A DNA stretch of 64,000 nucleotides from Nitrosopumilus sp. (GCA_965214775.1 OZ243974.1:1184001-1248000), one strand, 5' to 3'; positions 42,402 to 53,570 are shown, numbered from the stretch's first letter. Translations and numbers: made by a program. Notes: a model not told the origin generated them from the sequence alone.

Positions 42402-42472
42402 CGGTACCCCCGGGAATCGAACCCGGACCTCTCGGATTTCAGGCGAGTGTACTACCATTATACTAGGGGCCC
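42402..42472 (-). tRNA. tRNA-like gene with GAA anticodon and Ala-like body; mismatched acceptor and anticodon stems (possible pseudo-tRNA)
   Basis: GGGCCCC TA GTATAATGGTAGTAC A CTCGC CTGAAAT CCGAG AGGT CCGGG TTCGATT CCCGG GGGTACC G. Confidence 0.7.
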
Positions 42473-42536
42473 ACAAGGTTTAAAATGTAACATTCTCTAT
42501 AATCCTTGGGTTTCAGGCGAGTAGTGCTAGCGTTAT

Positions 42537-43601
42537 TCTATTGTACGAAAATTAGGTCGCACTAATTTGAGGAGGATTGCAGGGGATTACTTTAGGCTTT
42601 ACCGATCAAGAAAACCGATGGTTGTAAGGCTCGAGGCAAAGCAGATCAGATACGCAGTGACGCAGTGTGCAGGGGGACGAAAGCCCTCGGAGGTGGCCCC
42701 GGAGATAGGCGTCACGACAAGGCACGTCCAGCGGATGTATGCCCGGTTCAGGAAGACAGGCGACACGCACCACGTGCCGCTCAAGCCGGGAAGGAAAAAG
42801 AGCGCCCCGGTTCCCGACGGGGACGTGCGCGCAGTCCTGGAGGAGTACAAACACAGTGCAGCAGGGGTGGTTCATACGGCCAAGAGGCTGCGAAGGCAAC
42901 TCGATATAAGCTACTACGAGGTATACAGGATAATGAAAGAAAACGGGCTGGTGACGCCATCGGCTGCAAAATCAATGCCCAGAAAATACGTCCGTTTTGA
43001 GCGCAAATACTCCAATGCCATGTGGCACGTGGACTGGCATACCATGAAGGATCCGCGCTTTGCAGGGCTCAATTTGGTCACGTTCCTAGACGACTCGTCC
43101 AGGTGCGTGACTGGTGCGGGCCTGTTCAGGGAGGCCACCTCAGAAAACGTCGTGGCGGTCCTGCGGCAGGCCGTGGCCCAGTTCGGCGCGCCTGCCACCA
43201 TACTCTCAGACAACGGCAAGTGCTTTGTCGGGGCGCGCTCGGATCCGAAGAAGAAGAAGAGTCCGCCCAAGGGCGGATGGAGGCCCACTGCCTTTGAGGA
43301 GGAGCTGCTCAACTGCGAAATCGGGCTGATAAACTCCAGGCCGTATCACCCGCAGACCAATGGCAAACTGGAGAGATTCCACAGGAGCATCGAGGAGGAG
43401 ATATGGAACCACAAGAGTCTGTCTGCATACATCGACTACTATAACGAGGACAGGCTGCACTGGTCGCTTGACATCGACAACTACGAGACGCCGCTGCGGG
43501 CATTCTCCGACAGGGAGGCCACAGAAGCGATCAGGAAAAACAACCCAAGATGGATGGAGGAGGACATTGGTGATGGTGCGACATAATTTTCATATAATAC
43601 A
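42537..43601 (+). mobile_element. IS481-family element a, copy 1 (17-bp TSD)
   Basis: Imperfect TIRs TCTATTGTACGAAAATT / TGTATTATATGAAAATT; agtagtgctagcgttat on both sides. Confidence 0.95.
42618..43586 (+). CDS. IS481 transposase (rve integrase core)
   Basis: WHVD, LDDSSR, LSDNG, PQTNGKLERFH. Confidence 0.93.
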   Translation: MVVRLEAKQIRYAVTQCAGGRKPSEVAPEIGVTTRHVQRMYARFRKTGDTHHVPLKPGRKKSAPVPDGDVRAVLEEYKHSAAGVVHTAKRLRRQLDISYYEVYRIMKENGLVTPSAAKSMPRKYVRFERKYSNAMWHVDWHTMKDPRFAGLNLVTFLDDSSRCVTGAGLFREATSENVVAVLRQAVAQFGAPATILSDNGKCFVGARSDPKKKKSPPKGGWRPTAFEEELLNCEIGLINSRPYHPQTNGKLERFHRSIEEEIWNHKSLSAYIDYYNEDRLHWSLDIDNYETPLRAFSDREATEAIRKNNPRWMEEDIGDGAT

Positions 43602-43836
43602 AGTAGTGCTAGCGTTATACTAGCCTTTTTTTTAATTAAAAATAACAAGTTCTAGCTGGATCACCTATGATGGTTAGTCCCCGCCCGGTTTTTTCGGGCT
43701 TTAAAACAGCGCGGTTTTTTACGTCATGTCCGATGCAAAGGGATTGCTGCAGGAGCTGGCAATCGAGATGATACGGGAGATCAGGCTGCACGGCTCCCTC
43801 AGGAGGCCGCGGTTCCCGAGATACAGCAGGTTCCCC

Positions 43837-44653
43837 GTACAACATCAGGTCCTTTTTATACTGACAAGCCAACTTTTTTCCAAGAACTTTTTGATCATTT
43901 CGCATCATCTGTTGTGACAGACTAGATACGCTGTTACTGACACATCCTTTGTACATGCAAGACTTACTGACGCCGTGCATACAACAGATTGGCATACGGC
44001 ACTTGCCATGCAGTCAGAAATTGCTACACTTGCAAGGCGTTGTCAATTGGCAGACTTGCCTACACGGTCAGATCTTCGGACATGAAGCTACGGGTTACGC
44101 CGTCCCGTAGGCGCCAGACGGATCATGTTGTTGTAGGAGCTGCTGCTACTGGTACGACGGCCGTCCGGTCCCGGCGTACCGCTCCCCTGCCTGCGTCATC
44201 ATCGGCGGCAGGCGGCCACACCGGCGGCGGCCCGGGACACTTAAAGACGCTGTATCTTGTACCGTCCGTATTGACAAGCGAGGACAGCAGGCGCATATCA
44301 TCATTATTATTATCATTATTATCGCCTGCTTCTGCAAAGACATCCCAGCCCGGATCCCGCAGGTATTCCAAGAGTCCACCGGCAGGATGTATGTTTTGCT
44401 TGCGGCATGTCATCGAGAACGTCAGCAGCGCAGAAGCCGTCTTTCTTTCACCGTCAGTTACGATCTTGTGGCGCGCATTGCGCTGCGGTATGATCCCGTC
44501 GCGTATGCACCGCTCCGTATCGTTGTTGTGCAGCGGCATTCCCCGATGCGCCAGACACGTAAACATGTTGGGCATGGCGTTTTGCATGTGTGTACGCACG
44601 TGATCGTCCTCATACGGGCTGATTATTTTGTATGCCTCCCTGGAAAGCTCCAT
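43837..44653 (-). mobile_element. IS66-family element, 3' part
   Basis: HNNDTERCIR motif; ~40-bp TIR GTACAACATCAGGTCCTTTTTATACTGACAAGCCAAC matches the end at 56025. Confidence 0.88.
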
Positions 44654-45718
44654 TCTATTGTACGAAAATTAGGTCGCACTAATTTGAGGAGGATTGCAGG
44701 GGATTACTTTAGGCTTTACCGATCAAGAAAACCGATGGTTGTAAGGCTCGAGGCAAAGCAGATCAGATACGCAGTGACGCAGTGTGCAGGGGGACGAAAG
44801 CCCTCGGAGGTGGCCCCGGAGATAGGCGTCACGACAAGGCACGTCCAGCGGATGTATGCCCGGTTCAGGAAGACAGGCGACACGCACCACGTGCCGCTCA
44901 AGCCGGGAAGGAAAAAGAGCGCCCCGGTTCCCGACGGGGACGTGCGCGCAGTCCTGGAGGAGTACAAACACAGTGCAGCAGGGGTGGTTCATACGGCCAA
45001 GAGGCTGCGAAGGCAACTCGATATAAGCTACTACGAGGTATACAGGATAATGAAAGAAAACGGGCTGGTGACGCCATCGGCTGCAAAATCAATGCCCAGA
45101 AAATACGTCCGTTTTGAGCGCAAATACTCCAATGCCATGTGGCACGTGGACTGGCATACCATGAAGGATCCGCGCTTTGCAGGGCTCAATTTGGTCACGT
45201 TCCTAGACGACTCGTCCAGGTGCGTGACTGGTGCGGGCCTGTTCAGGGAGGCCACCTCAGAAAACGTCGTGGCGGTCCTGCGGCAGGCCGTGGCCCAGTT
45301 CGGCGCGCCTGCCACCATACTCTCAGACAACGGCAAGTGCTTTGTCGGGGCGCGCTCGGATCCGAAGAAGAAGAAGAGTCCGCCCAAGGGCGGATGGAGG
45401 CCCACTGCCTTTGAGGAGGAGCTGCTCAACTGCGAAATCGGGCTGATAAACTCCAGGCCGTATCACCCGCAGACCAATGGCAAACTGGAGAGATTCCACA
45501 GGAGCATCGAGGAGGAGATATGGAACCACAAGAGTCTGTCTGCATACATCGATTACTATAACGAGGACAGGCTGCACTGGTCGCTTGACATCGACAACTA
45601 CGAGACGCCGCTGCGGGCATTCTCCGACAGGGAGGCCACAGAAGCGATCAGGAAAAACAACCCAAGATGGATGGAGGAGGACATTGGTGATGGTGCGACA
45701 TAATTTTCATATAATACA
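44654..45718 (+). mobile_element. IS481-a copy 2 (transposase ~44735-45703)
   Basis: Near-identical to copy 1. Confidence 0.95.
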
Positions 45719-45897
45719 CGCCTATGGTATCCCTACAATTATTTTTGTACGAGGCCCCCCTCGCCGGACGCGCTAATCCCCAACCACACCAAGAATGCAG
45801 ACGAGTTTGGCAGGCTACACGGCAACGCCAGAGGGGCTAGCGCCAATGGGCGGCCTGAGATTGCCTGAACACACGATTTGTAAAGCCTAGAAATTTT

Positions 45898-47388
45898 TCA
45901 CACCAGCAGCAAGAACAGGGAAGCAGGGATTAAAACCGCCTCGTTTTTCACCCGAAGATCATTTTTGGTTATGATGATTCCTCTTTTTGTCTTGGTTGCC
46001 TTTTTAAAATCAATCAGGCCGCCAAAATCGTCTTTTTTTATGTTATTTTGATACTTTACTTCAATTGGGATTAGCGAATCGCCATCCCTCACTACAAAAT
46101 CTACCTCTCGTTTATCCTTACTTTTCCAATAAAACACCGAAGACTGGTAATCAAATCCCGTCTTTTTTCTAGCCATGTTAAATGCCATTCGGATGCAGTG
46201 GTCTGCTACCGTCTGCTCGACCAGAGGGCCTTTGAATTCTGCGTTATCTAATAGTTTTATGCTATATTCATAGGGGCTCTTTTGAGAGATGTGGCCGTTC
46301 AAAGCGTGAAAAAAGAAGGGATCCTGAAAGAATATTTTCTTTAAACCGTCAAATTTTGGCTTGTCCTCACTGGAATTATACCTATAAAAAACTGAGAGGA
46401 CAAACATGTCCGACAGGGTTTTTACATATTCCTCGACTGTGTGGTGGCTGCCAATATCGGAGTTTTTCTTTAGCGAGTCCCACGATACAGGATTGCTGAT
46501 AGACTTTATTACGTTTGGGATCAGTTGAACCATATACGACGCATCTTTGTCTGCACGACGCAAATCCCCAATTGCAGAATCAACATAAATCTGATAAACA
46601 GAATCTTGAACGAACCCATTTTTTAAAAATTCGTTGATTGCTGTCGGAACACCTCCGGTAATCAAATAATCGTCAAGGCATCTATCCAGTTCATTTTGGA
46701 AAGCAGACATTTCAAGCAATGCATCGTCCGTCCTTCCATCTGCCAACCCCCTAATCGCGGAGAAGCGATTTTTTGCAAGAGTCAAGGATCTGTCCGAAAT
46801 TTCCTTGGCTAAGCTTTTATCGATGGTTGGGATATATTCGCCAAACTTCATGGGGAGCATAATCTTATCCAGAGTTTCGTTTGTCGGAATCCCCCTTCTT
46901 CCTGGTAACAGCTCCGTGGCATGTCTTAGATCGATAGAATGAGAGCCGGTTGCTAGGACGGTGCAATTTTTTAATTTTCCCTGATCCTTTAGTTTTTTTA
47001 TTGCCTTGTGCCAGTCTTTTACGTTTGAAATCTCGTCAAGGTAGATGAAACGGCGTTTCTTCTCGTCATGTTTTGCCCTATTCAAATACTCGTTTATTAC
47101 ACTAATAACATCTCGGGGACTGTTTTCAAGCTCGAATGAATAATACACCACATTCCATTTTGGCACCATTTGTAACACCCGTTGAATCTCAAGCTTGGCC
47201 AAGGTAGTCTTGCCTACCTGTCTGGGCCCTTTCAGGGAATATACAAAATCTTCATCTTGAAGGGTCTTTCTGATTCTGGGATCCCATCTCAGGCTGGATT
47301 GTTTCCAAGCAATTATGTGAGGATCCTTTTCTATCGCAGTTTCGTCCTTCCACCAAGGGTTGTATTCCAAAAGCTCACTGGCATACAT
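45898..47388 (-). CDS. AAA+ ATPase (AAA_14 with DUF4143-type C-terminal domain)
   Basis: YNPWW, GPRQVGKTT, YLDEI, TGS, EVDFV...PIEVK. Confidence 0.9.
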   Translation of the reverse strand: MYASELLEYNPWWKDETAIEKDPHIIAWKQSSLRWDPRIRKTLQDEDFVYSLKGPRQVGKTTLAKLEIQRVLQMVPKWNVVYYSFELENSPRDVISVINEYLNRAKHDEKKRRFIYLDEISNVKDWHKAIKKLKDQGKLKNCTVLATGSHSIDLRHATELLPGRRGIPTNETLDKIMLPMKFGEYIPTIDKSLAKEISDRSLTLAKNRFSAIRGLADGRTDDALLEMSAFQNELDRCLDDYLITGGVPTAINEFLKNGFVQDSVYQIYVDSAIGDLRRADKDASYMVQLIPNVIKSISNPVSWDSLKKNSDIGSHHTVEEYVKTLSDMFVLSVFYRYNSSEDKPKFDGLKKIFFQDPFFFHALNGHISQKSPYEYSIKLLDNAEFKGPLVEQTVADHCIRMAFNMARKKTGFDYQSSVFYWKSKDKREVDFVVRDGDSLIPIEVKYQNNIKKDDFGGLIDFKKATKTKRGIIITKNDLRVKNEAVLIPASLFLLLV

Positions 47389-47396
47389 GCATTATG

Positions 47397-47470
47397 GACT
47401 GCCAGACTCTTTATAAATAAAACCAATTTGACTGCCAGACTCTTTATAAATAAAACCAATTTGACTGCCA
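47397..47470. repeat. 33-bp tandem duplication containing TTTATAAA upstream of the ATPase
   Basis: gactgccagactctttataaataaaaccaattt, ~2.3 copies. Confidence 0.85.
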
Positions 47471-47778
47471 GGTTCTGTGTAAGATTGGTGACCTAGAATG
47501 TGGATCTTCTCTGAATTGAGATTTTATTTTATGCCTAAACCGAATGCTTGCTTAGCGAGGCATTCTGGATGATGGTCTTCCACTTGTTGATGCCGTCTAC
47601 GGGGGTTGTCGCCTAATTCATCAGAATTTCTGAAAATCATACGATGTTATCCTGACTAGGCGCGCAAAAATGTCGGAGATTCAGAAAAACGTGCGGATTG
47701 AGTCCGGAGAGGTGATCCGAAATTAGAAATCGAGCGCCCCGTTCGCAGTTGTTCTGTTGCCGCCACTCATTAGGCCGC

Positions 47779-48158
47779 TCTATTGTACGAAAATTAGGTC
47801 GCACTAATTTGAGGAGGATTGCAAAGGATTACTTTAGGCTTTACCGATCAAGAAAACCGATGGTTGTAAGGCTCGAGGCAAAGCAGATCAGATACGCAGT
47901 GACGCAGTGTGCCAAGGGACAAAGGCCCTCGGAGGTGGCCCCGGAGACAGGCGTCACGACAAGGCACGTCCAACGGATGTACGCCAGGTTCAGGAAGGCA
48001 GGCTGTATGCACCACGTGCATCTCAAGCCTGGAAGGAGGAGCGCCCCGGTTCCCGACGGGGCAGTGCGCGCCGTCCCGGGGGAGCACGGGCTGGTGACGC
48101 CGTCGCCTGCAAAATCCAGACCCCGAAAATACGTCCGATTTGAGCGCAGGTACTCCGA
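47779..48158 (+). pseudogene. Divergent, internally deleted IS481-a 5' fragment
   Basis: Left TIR plus N-terminal coding region. Confidence 0.8.
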
Positions 48159-48188
48159 CAGTCTTCCCAGAAGTAACCGACTCGTGGC

Positions 48189-49253
48189 TGTATTATATGA
48201 AAATTATGTCGCACCATCACCAATGTCCTCCTCCATCCATCTTGGGTTGCTTTTCCTGATCGCTTCTGTGGCCTCCCTGTCGGAGAATGCCCGCAGCGGC
48301 GTCTCGTAGTTGTCGATGTCAAGCGACCAGTGCAGCCTGTCCTCGTTATAGTAGTCGATGTATGCAGACAGACTCTTGTGGTTCCATATCTCCTCCTCGA
48401 TGCTCCTGTGGAATCTCTCCAGTTTGCCATTGGTCTGCGGGTGATACGGCCTGGAGTTTATCAGCCCGATTTCGCAGTTGAGCAGCTCCTCCTCAAAGGC
48501 AGTGGGCCTCCATCCGCCCTTGGGCGGACTCTTCTTCTTCTTCGGATCCGAGCGCGCCCCGACAAAGCACTTGCCGTTGTCTGAGAGTATGGTGGCAGGC
48601 GCGCCGAACTGGGCCACGGCCTGCCGCAGGACCGCCACGACGTTTTCTGAGGTGGCCTCCCTGAACAGGCCCGCACCAGTCACGCACCTGGACGAGTCGT
48701 CTAGGAACGTGACCAAATTGAGCCCTGCAAAGCGCGGATCCTTCATGGTATGCCAGTCCACGTGCCACATGGCATTGGAGTATTTGCGCTCAAAACGGAC
48801 GTATTTTCTGGGCATTGATTTTGCAGCCGATGGCGTCACCAGCCCGTTTTCTTTCATTATCCTGTATACCTCGTAGTAGCTTATATCGAGTTGCCTTCGC
48901 AGCCTCTTGGCCGTATGAACCACCCCTGCTGCACTGTGTTTGTACTCCTCCAGGACTGCGCGCACGTCCCCGTCGGGAACCGGGGCGCTCTTTTTCCTTC
49001 CCGGCTTGAGCGGCACGTGGTGCGTGTCGCCTGTCTTCCTGAACCGGGCATACATCCGCTGGACGTGCCTTGTCGTGACGCCTATCTCCGGGGCCACCTC
49101 CGAGGGCTTTCGTCCCCCTGCACACTGCGTCACTGCGTATCTGATCTGCTTTGCCTCGAGCCTTACAACCATCGGTTTTCTTGATCGGTAAAGCCTAAAG
49201 TAATCCCCTGCAATCCTCCTCAAATTAGTGCGACCTAATTTTCGTACAATAGA
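48189..49253 (-). mobile_element. IS481-a copy 3 (16-bp TSD), inserted in a family A MITE
   Basis: gtaaccgactcgtggc on both sides; intact transposase. Confidence 0.95.
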
Positions 49254-49636
49254 GTAACCGACTCGTGGCGGCGCAGGAGGTGGCAAGCGGGTATGCAGGC
49301 AGCCTCGTTTGAATTGCTTCGAGCCTGGGATAATTTGATGTGGTACTTTTGGGAAGACTGTGTATCAGTCTTCCCAGAAGTAACCCGGAAAACGGCCCCG
49401 GATTTGAAACAAATCAAATTATGATGCCTGCAGATTTGCCCGCCGTCATCTGCAGTCATGAATCACGTGCTTCTGGGAAGACTGTGGATGGAGAATGATT
49501 ACTAATGAGGGGCGGAACTAATTTCCATATGAAACATCGTTTGAAGCCGTTTTGTGGACTACTGGGAAGACTGAATGCAGTGTCCTAACTCCGAAGCTGG
49601 CTAAACCGTTATTTGACTGGCGGGTAAGGATAACAC

Positions 49637-52033
49637 ATGCTTGGCCTCGGATACCTCGCTCTTCACACGGGACGCCTGTCAGGGCACGGGCCGCTCCTCC
49701 TGCTTGTTGCAATACTGGTGCTTTCTGCATATACACACCTGTGGAACCCGGCGGGATTTCCGCCGTGGCACGGAGATGAGCCGATCTACATAGATCGTGC
49801 CTTGGATGCCATGGATCACAAGATATTGTCAGACAAGCACGACCACCCGTTCCTTGGCTGGACGATACTGGCCGGATTCTTTCATGTCATCGGATACCCC
49901 GACTCTGTTGCAACGCCGGAGGATGCGTCCTTGCTCGGGATGCTTTACGGGGCCCCGCGCATCCTCATGGGCCTGCTTGCGGTCCTGGACACCTTTCTGG
50001 TATACAAGATAACGGAGGGGTGGTTCGGGCGCAGAGCCGCACCGATTGCGGCGGTTCTGTTTGCGGCAATGCCCGTATCGCTGACGCTCAGGCTGGTTCT
50101 GCTGGACTCGATCCTTCTCCCGTTCGTCCTGTCCTCCGTTCTGCTTGCCATGTATGCACGCGGCCCGTCCAAGGGAGTGCCGCCGCCGCAAGCCCCGGAC
50201 AAGACCCGCATGCTGATCCTCCTGTCGGGCGTCTGCATGGGATGCGCCTTGCTTGTCAAGATCCCCTCGCTTGTCATGATCCCGCTGGTCCTCGTCTTGG
50301 TCTGGTCTGCCGGCAGGAGGCCGGGGCGGATGCTGCTGTGGCTTGTACCCGTGATCCTGATTGCGGCAGCATGGCCGGCGTCTGCTGCGCTGACAGGCGA
50401 TTTTGACGGGTGGGTAAACGGCGTCCTGTGGCAGACCGACAGGGACGGTCAATACCTGCTGGATGCGCTGCAGCGACACACGCAGGTGGCCTTGGTGCAG
50501 GGCCAGGATCCCGACATACTGACCCATCCTGCGATCATGCTGTGGGCAGCGATAAAGATGCTCGTGATGGATCCTGTCATGGTGTCGCTGGGTACGGCAG
50601 GACTCGCCTTTGCGCTGGTCGTCATGCGCAACAGGTTTCTGCTGCTGTGGGCCGTACCCGTCCTGCTGTTCTTCGGATCAATTGGATACGTGGGGTGGTC
50701 CCACCTGGGTATGCTGTGGACTGCCATGTGCGTTGCCGCCGCCGTACTGATCGGCGTCGGAATAGAAAGGGTATCTGCGGGACGGTTGGGCCCGGGGGGA
50801 AGGCGCACGCTGCTGCTGGTGGCCGTACTAGTGATCGCGGCACTAGGCCTGTCCACGTCGGGCGTGCTGGTACACTGGGACGTGACGTCTGCGTACCCTG
50901 AGGCGGCATCCTTTGTGCTGCAAAACTATGCGGACTCTGAGGCGGGAATAATCATGCTGCAGTTTCGGGAGTCGTGGCTGCCGCACGACGACAAACTTAC
51001 CGACTCCGGCATTGTTGTATATGATTTGTGGGGCACGCATGCCATGCAACCGCAAAAAACCAAAAAGATCGTAATAATAGACTATGTCGACAGAAACGAC
51101 CGGAATCGGAACCTGCTGGCGGCCAGTCACGGCGGCGACAGTGCGACGGCGTCTCTAGTAACGGATTGGCTGCGGCGGTATCTGGAGATATACGACGGTA
51201 GCAGCAGGGTGGCCGAGTTTGAGATCGCCCCAAAACCGGACACGCTGATACCATCAATGGTCCACCCGCGAGTCGACCGCAGCGTGGAGGTGACGGAGTG
51301 GAACCCTCCCTGGTGGGCCGCCATGCCCACGTACGGGCCCTCCGGCCAGGCCCTCCGCCTTGACGGCACCGCATACGTCACGCTTGCCGTCCCGCCGGGC
51401 CTCGATCTAGGCGGGGACGATCCGTTCAGCATCGCCTTCTGGATCAAAATGCCCGGCCCCGGAGAGCCGGGCTCGTCGATCATATCAAAGGCCGACGCGG
51501 ACATGCACCAAGGCACCACCGTGTGGAGCCGCCCCGGCGGCGGGATCTCTCTCCGAATAGCCGACGACGCGCAAGGCCAGATTGCCGTCGACACGTTCTC
51601 CGGCGTGGCCGACGGCCGCTGGCACCACGTCGTGTTCACCTATGACGGCCCCAGGGACAGGAGCAGACTCGACGTGTACGTGGACGGACGGATCGACAAC
51701 CGGGGCCAGCGCGGCACGTCACTGTCAGGATCCGCCGCAAACGACCATCTGCTTGCGATAGGCGCCGGCAGCACAGGCAGGGGGCCTGCGCAGGATACCG
51801 CACTGGATGGCATCATGATATACTCGGCACGGCTTCCTGCCGGCTACATATCCGGCGTTCATGAGTGCCACGTGGAGATGGCCACCGTACCGGCCGCCGG
51901 AGGAGCCGGCGATCATGCGTGCATGGGAGACTATGATGGGGCGCTCTTGGTGCACCTGGAGTTCGAGGGAGACCTGTCGGACTCCTCGGGCGGGGGAGGC
52001 GGCACGGCGCACGGGAGTGTCAGGTATACATAG
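49637..52033 (+). CDS. GT-C (PMT/ArnT-like) glycosyltransferase-LamG fusion
   Basis: Paralog of 15957-18557. Confidence 0.8.
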   Translation: MLGLGYLALHTGRLSGHGPLLLLVAILVLSAYTHLWNPAGFPPWHGDEPIYIDRALDAMDHKILSDKHDHPFLGWTILAGFFHVIGYPDSVATPEDASLLGMLYGAPRILMGLLAVLDTFLVYKITEGWFGRRAAPIAAVLFAAMPVSLTLRLVLLDSILLPFVLSSVLLAMYARGPSKGVPPPQAPDKTRMLILLSGVCMGCALLVKIPSLVMIPLVLVLVWSAGRRPGRMLLWLVPVILIAAAWPASAALTGDFDGWVNGVLWQTDRDGQYLLDALQRHTQVALVQGQDPDILTHPAIMLWAAIKMLVMDPVMVSLGTAGLAFALVVMRNRFLLLWAVPVLLFFGSIGYVGWSHLGMLWTAMCVAAAVLIGVGIERVSAGRLGPGGRRTLLLVAVLVIAALGLSTSGVLVHWDVTSAYPEAASFVLQNYADSEAGIIMLQFRESWLPHDDKLTDSGIVVYDLWGTHAMQPQKTKKIVIIDYVDRNDRNRNLLAASHGGDSATASLVTDWLRRYLEIYDGSSRVAEFEIAPKPDTLIPSMVHPRVDRSVEVTEWNPPWWAAMPTYGPSGQALRLDGTAYVTLAVPPGLDLGGDDPFSIAFWIKMPGPGEPGSSIISKADADMHQGTTVWSRPGGGISLRIADDAQGQIAVDTFSGVADGRWHHVVFTYDGPRDRSRLDVYVDGRIDNRGQRGTSLSGSAANDHLLAIGAGSTGRGPAQDTALDGIMIYSARLPAGYISGVHECHVEMATVPAAGGAGDHACMGDYDGALLVHLEFEGDLSDSSGGGGGTAHGSVRYT

Positions 52034-52204
52034 ACATTTATGTTAAAAACACCCGCTCAGAGCGGCGGCGCTTCAAGTTTCTTTTGATCCGTGCCTGTTT
52101 GGCCGCCGTATGATTTGGCTAACACTGCTTGGGGTGGTACGCACACCACTACGGCGGTCACATCATCACATCCTAATGCGGATCATTATTGGGTGGGTGG
52201 GGGC

Positions 52205-52348
52205 ACAGAGAGTTGATTCGAAATTAGCAAACTCTGATTATTTGTCAACGAATTTGTATAGAACGGCTCAAAACACCAACAAAATACAAACTATCTGTGC
52301 AATTACATGAAAAATTCACACTGTTTCTAATTTCGGATCATCTCTCAG
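52205..52348. mobile_element. MITE family B (GAGAG.TGAT.CGAAATTAG ends)
   Basis: Related copies at ~21867-22006, 58356-58584 (interrupted) and 59088-59228. Confidence 0.7.
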
Positions 52349-53570
52349 GTGCATCTTCCCGGCTCCGGTCAGTCAGGATGATCTTGGGGGGGGGGGGTGA
52401 TGGTGGTGATGGTGGTGATGGTGGTGGTGGGGCCGAGTCGGGGATGCGCTGCGCACGGACGCCGCTTGCCTGGCAGTCCAGACTCACATTGCTGCACAGG
52501 CTCCTCATGTACCGATCCAGCTGTCTGCCTGACCGATCAATTGACAGTCTTTTGAGGTAGTGCAGTCGTCCTTGCATGGCAACGCGCCTCCGGAGGACGT
52601 CGTCGTCCCTCAGCTGCAAGATGCACCGGGCCAGCTCCTCAGGCGAGTCGGACTGCACCAGCATGCAGTTCTCCTTGTCGACCAGGCCGGCCTCGCGCGT
52701 CGTGGGCGTGCTTAACGTAATCAAGGGCTTGGCCGATGACAGGGCCTGGTTAATCTTGTTGGGCATGGATCCCTTCATCTTGTCGTTTATCTGGAACAGT
52801 CCGAGGCACACGTCGCTACCCTGTATGCATTCTAGCAGCGGTGACGACGTCAAGAGTCCTAAGAATCTCATGTTGGACAGGCGGTTTTGCTTGGCGTACT
52901 GTCTGATTTCGTCCTCGCCTTGGCCGCTGCCACAGAAGACAAACGTTATGTCCTTTTCATCGGACAGCTGCTTGGCGGCCTTTGCTATGGCCTCTACGCC
53001 AGACATGGGAATGAACGTCCCAAAATACAGCACGACGAACTCGTCCGTCCTCTCCTTGAACGGAAGCGGCGCAAAAAGCGGCTCGTATGCAGCAGGCCAG
53101 AGCCGGCGAAACTTTTCCCTAGGCAGGCCATATTCCCTGACAAAGAATTCGATCTGAAAGGTGCTTTCCATCACTACCAGATCCGCCCACCTGCAGGCGG
53201 TTTTTTCTGCAAAGCGGACGAATTTTGCCCTCAGCGAGTTTTTGTGGATTTTTTTGCGGTAGGTCACTAGCGTCTCGTAGATCAACAGCGTAGGAAAATA
53301 CACGATCGGCTTTTTGTGGATCAGCTTGGCAAGCGGGAGCGTGACTATTCCCTTCCACGGGATTATCATCACATCATAGTCGATTCTCCTGTGCTTTAGG
53401 AACAGCCGAATATACACTCCAATGACCTGGCCGTAGGAATCGCAGTGCTCATGACACTCCGCCGTTTCATGTCCCTGCGACTCGCAGATTGCCTTTAGCA
53501 GCTCTCCACTATTGTTCGACGGAATACCGTTAGCCGATCTAACATAGGAGCCAAAGAGACACACCCTCAA
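52338..53570 (-). CDS. GT4 glycosyltransferase with a low-complexity tail
   Basis: VLYFGTFIPMSGVE, SDVCLGLF, PNKINQAL...KPLIT. Confidence 0.85.
   Translation of the reverse strand: MRVCLFGSYVRSANGIPSNNSGELLKAICESQGHETAECHEHCDSYGQVIGVYIRLFLKHRRIDYDVMIIPWKGIVTLPLAKLIHKKPIVYFPTLLIYETLVTYRKKIHKNSLRAKFVRFAEKTACRWADLVVMESTFQIEFFVREYGLPREKFRRLWPAAYEPLFAPLPFKERTDEFVVLYFGTFIPMSGVEAIAKAAKQLSDEKDITFVFCGSGQGEDEIRQYAKQNRLSNMRFLGLLTSSPLLECIQGSDVCLGLFQINDKMKGSMPNKINQALSSAKPLITLSTPTTREAGLVDKENCMLVQSDSPEELARCILQLRDDDVLRRRVAMQGRLHYLKRLSIDRSGRQLDRYMRSLCSNVSLDCQASGVRAQRIPDSAPPPPSPPSPPSPPPPKIILTDRSREDAPER

Larger units (their letters stand above)
30184..42415. mobile_element. Integrative element (~12.2 kb) at a tRNA-like gene
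   Basis: Integrase at one edge, tRNA-like gene at the other, att-like direct repeat. Confidence 0.6.
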
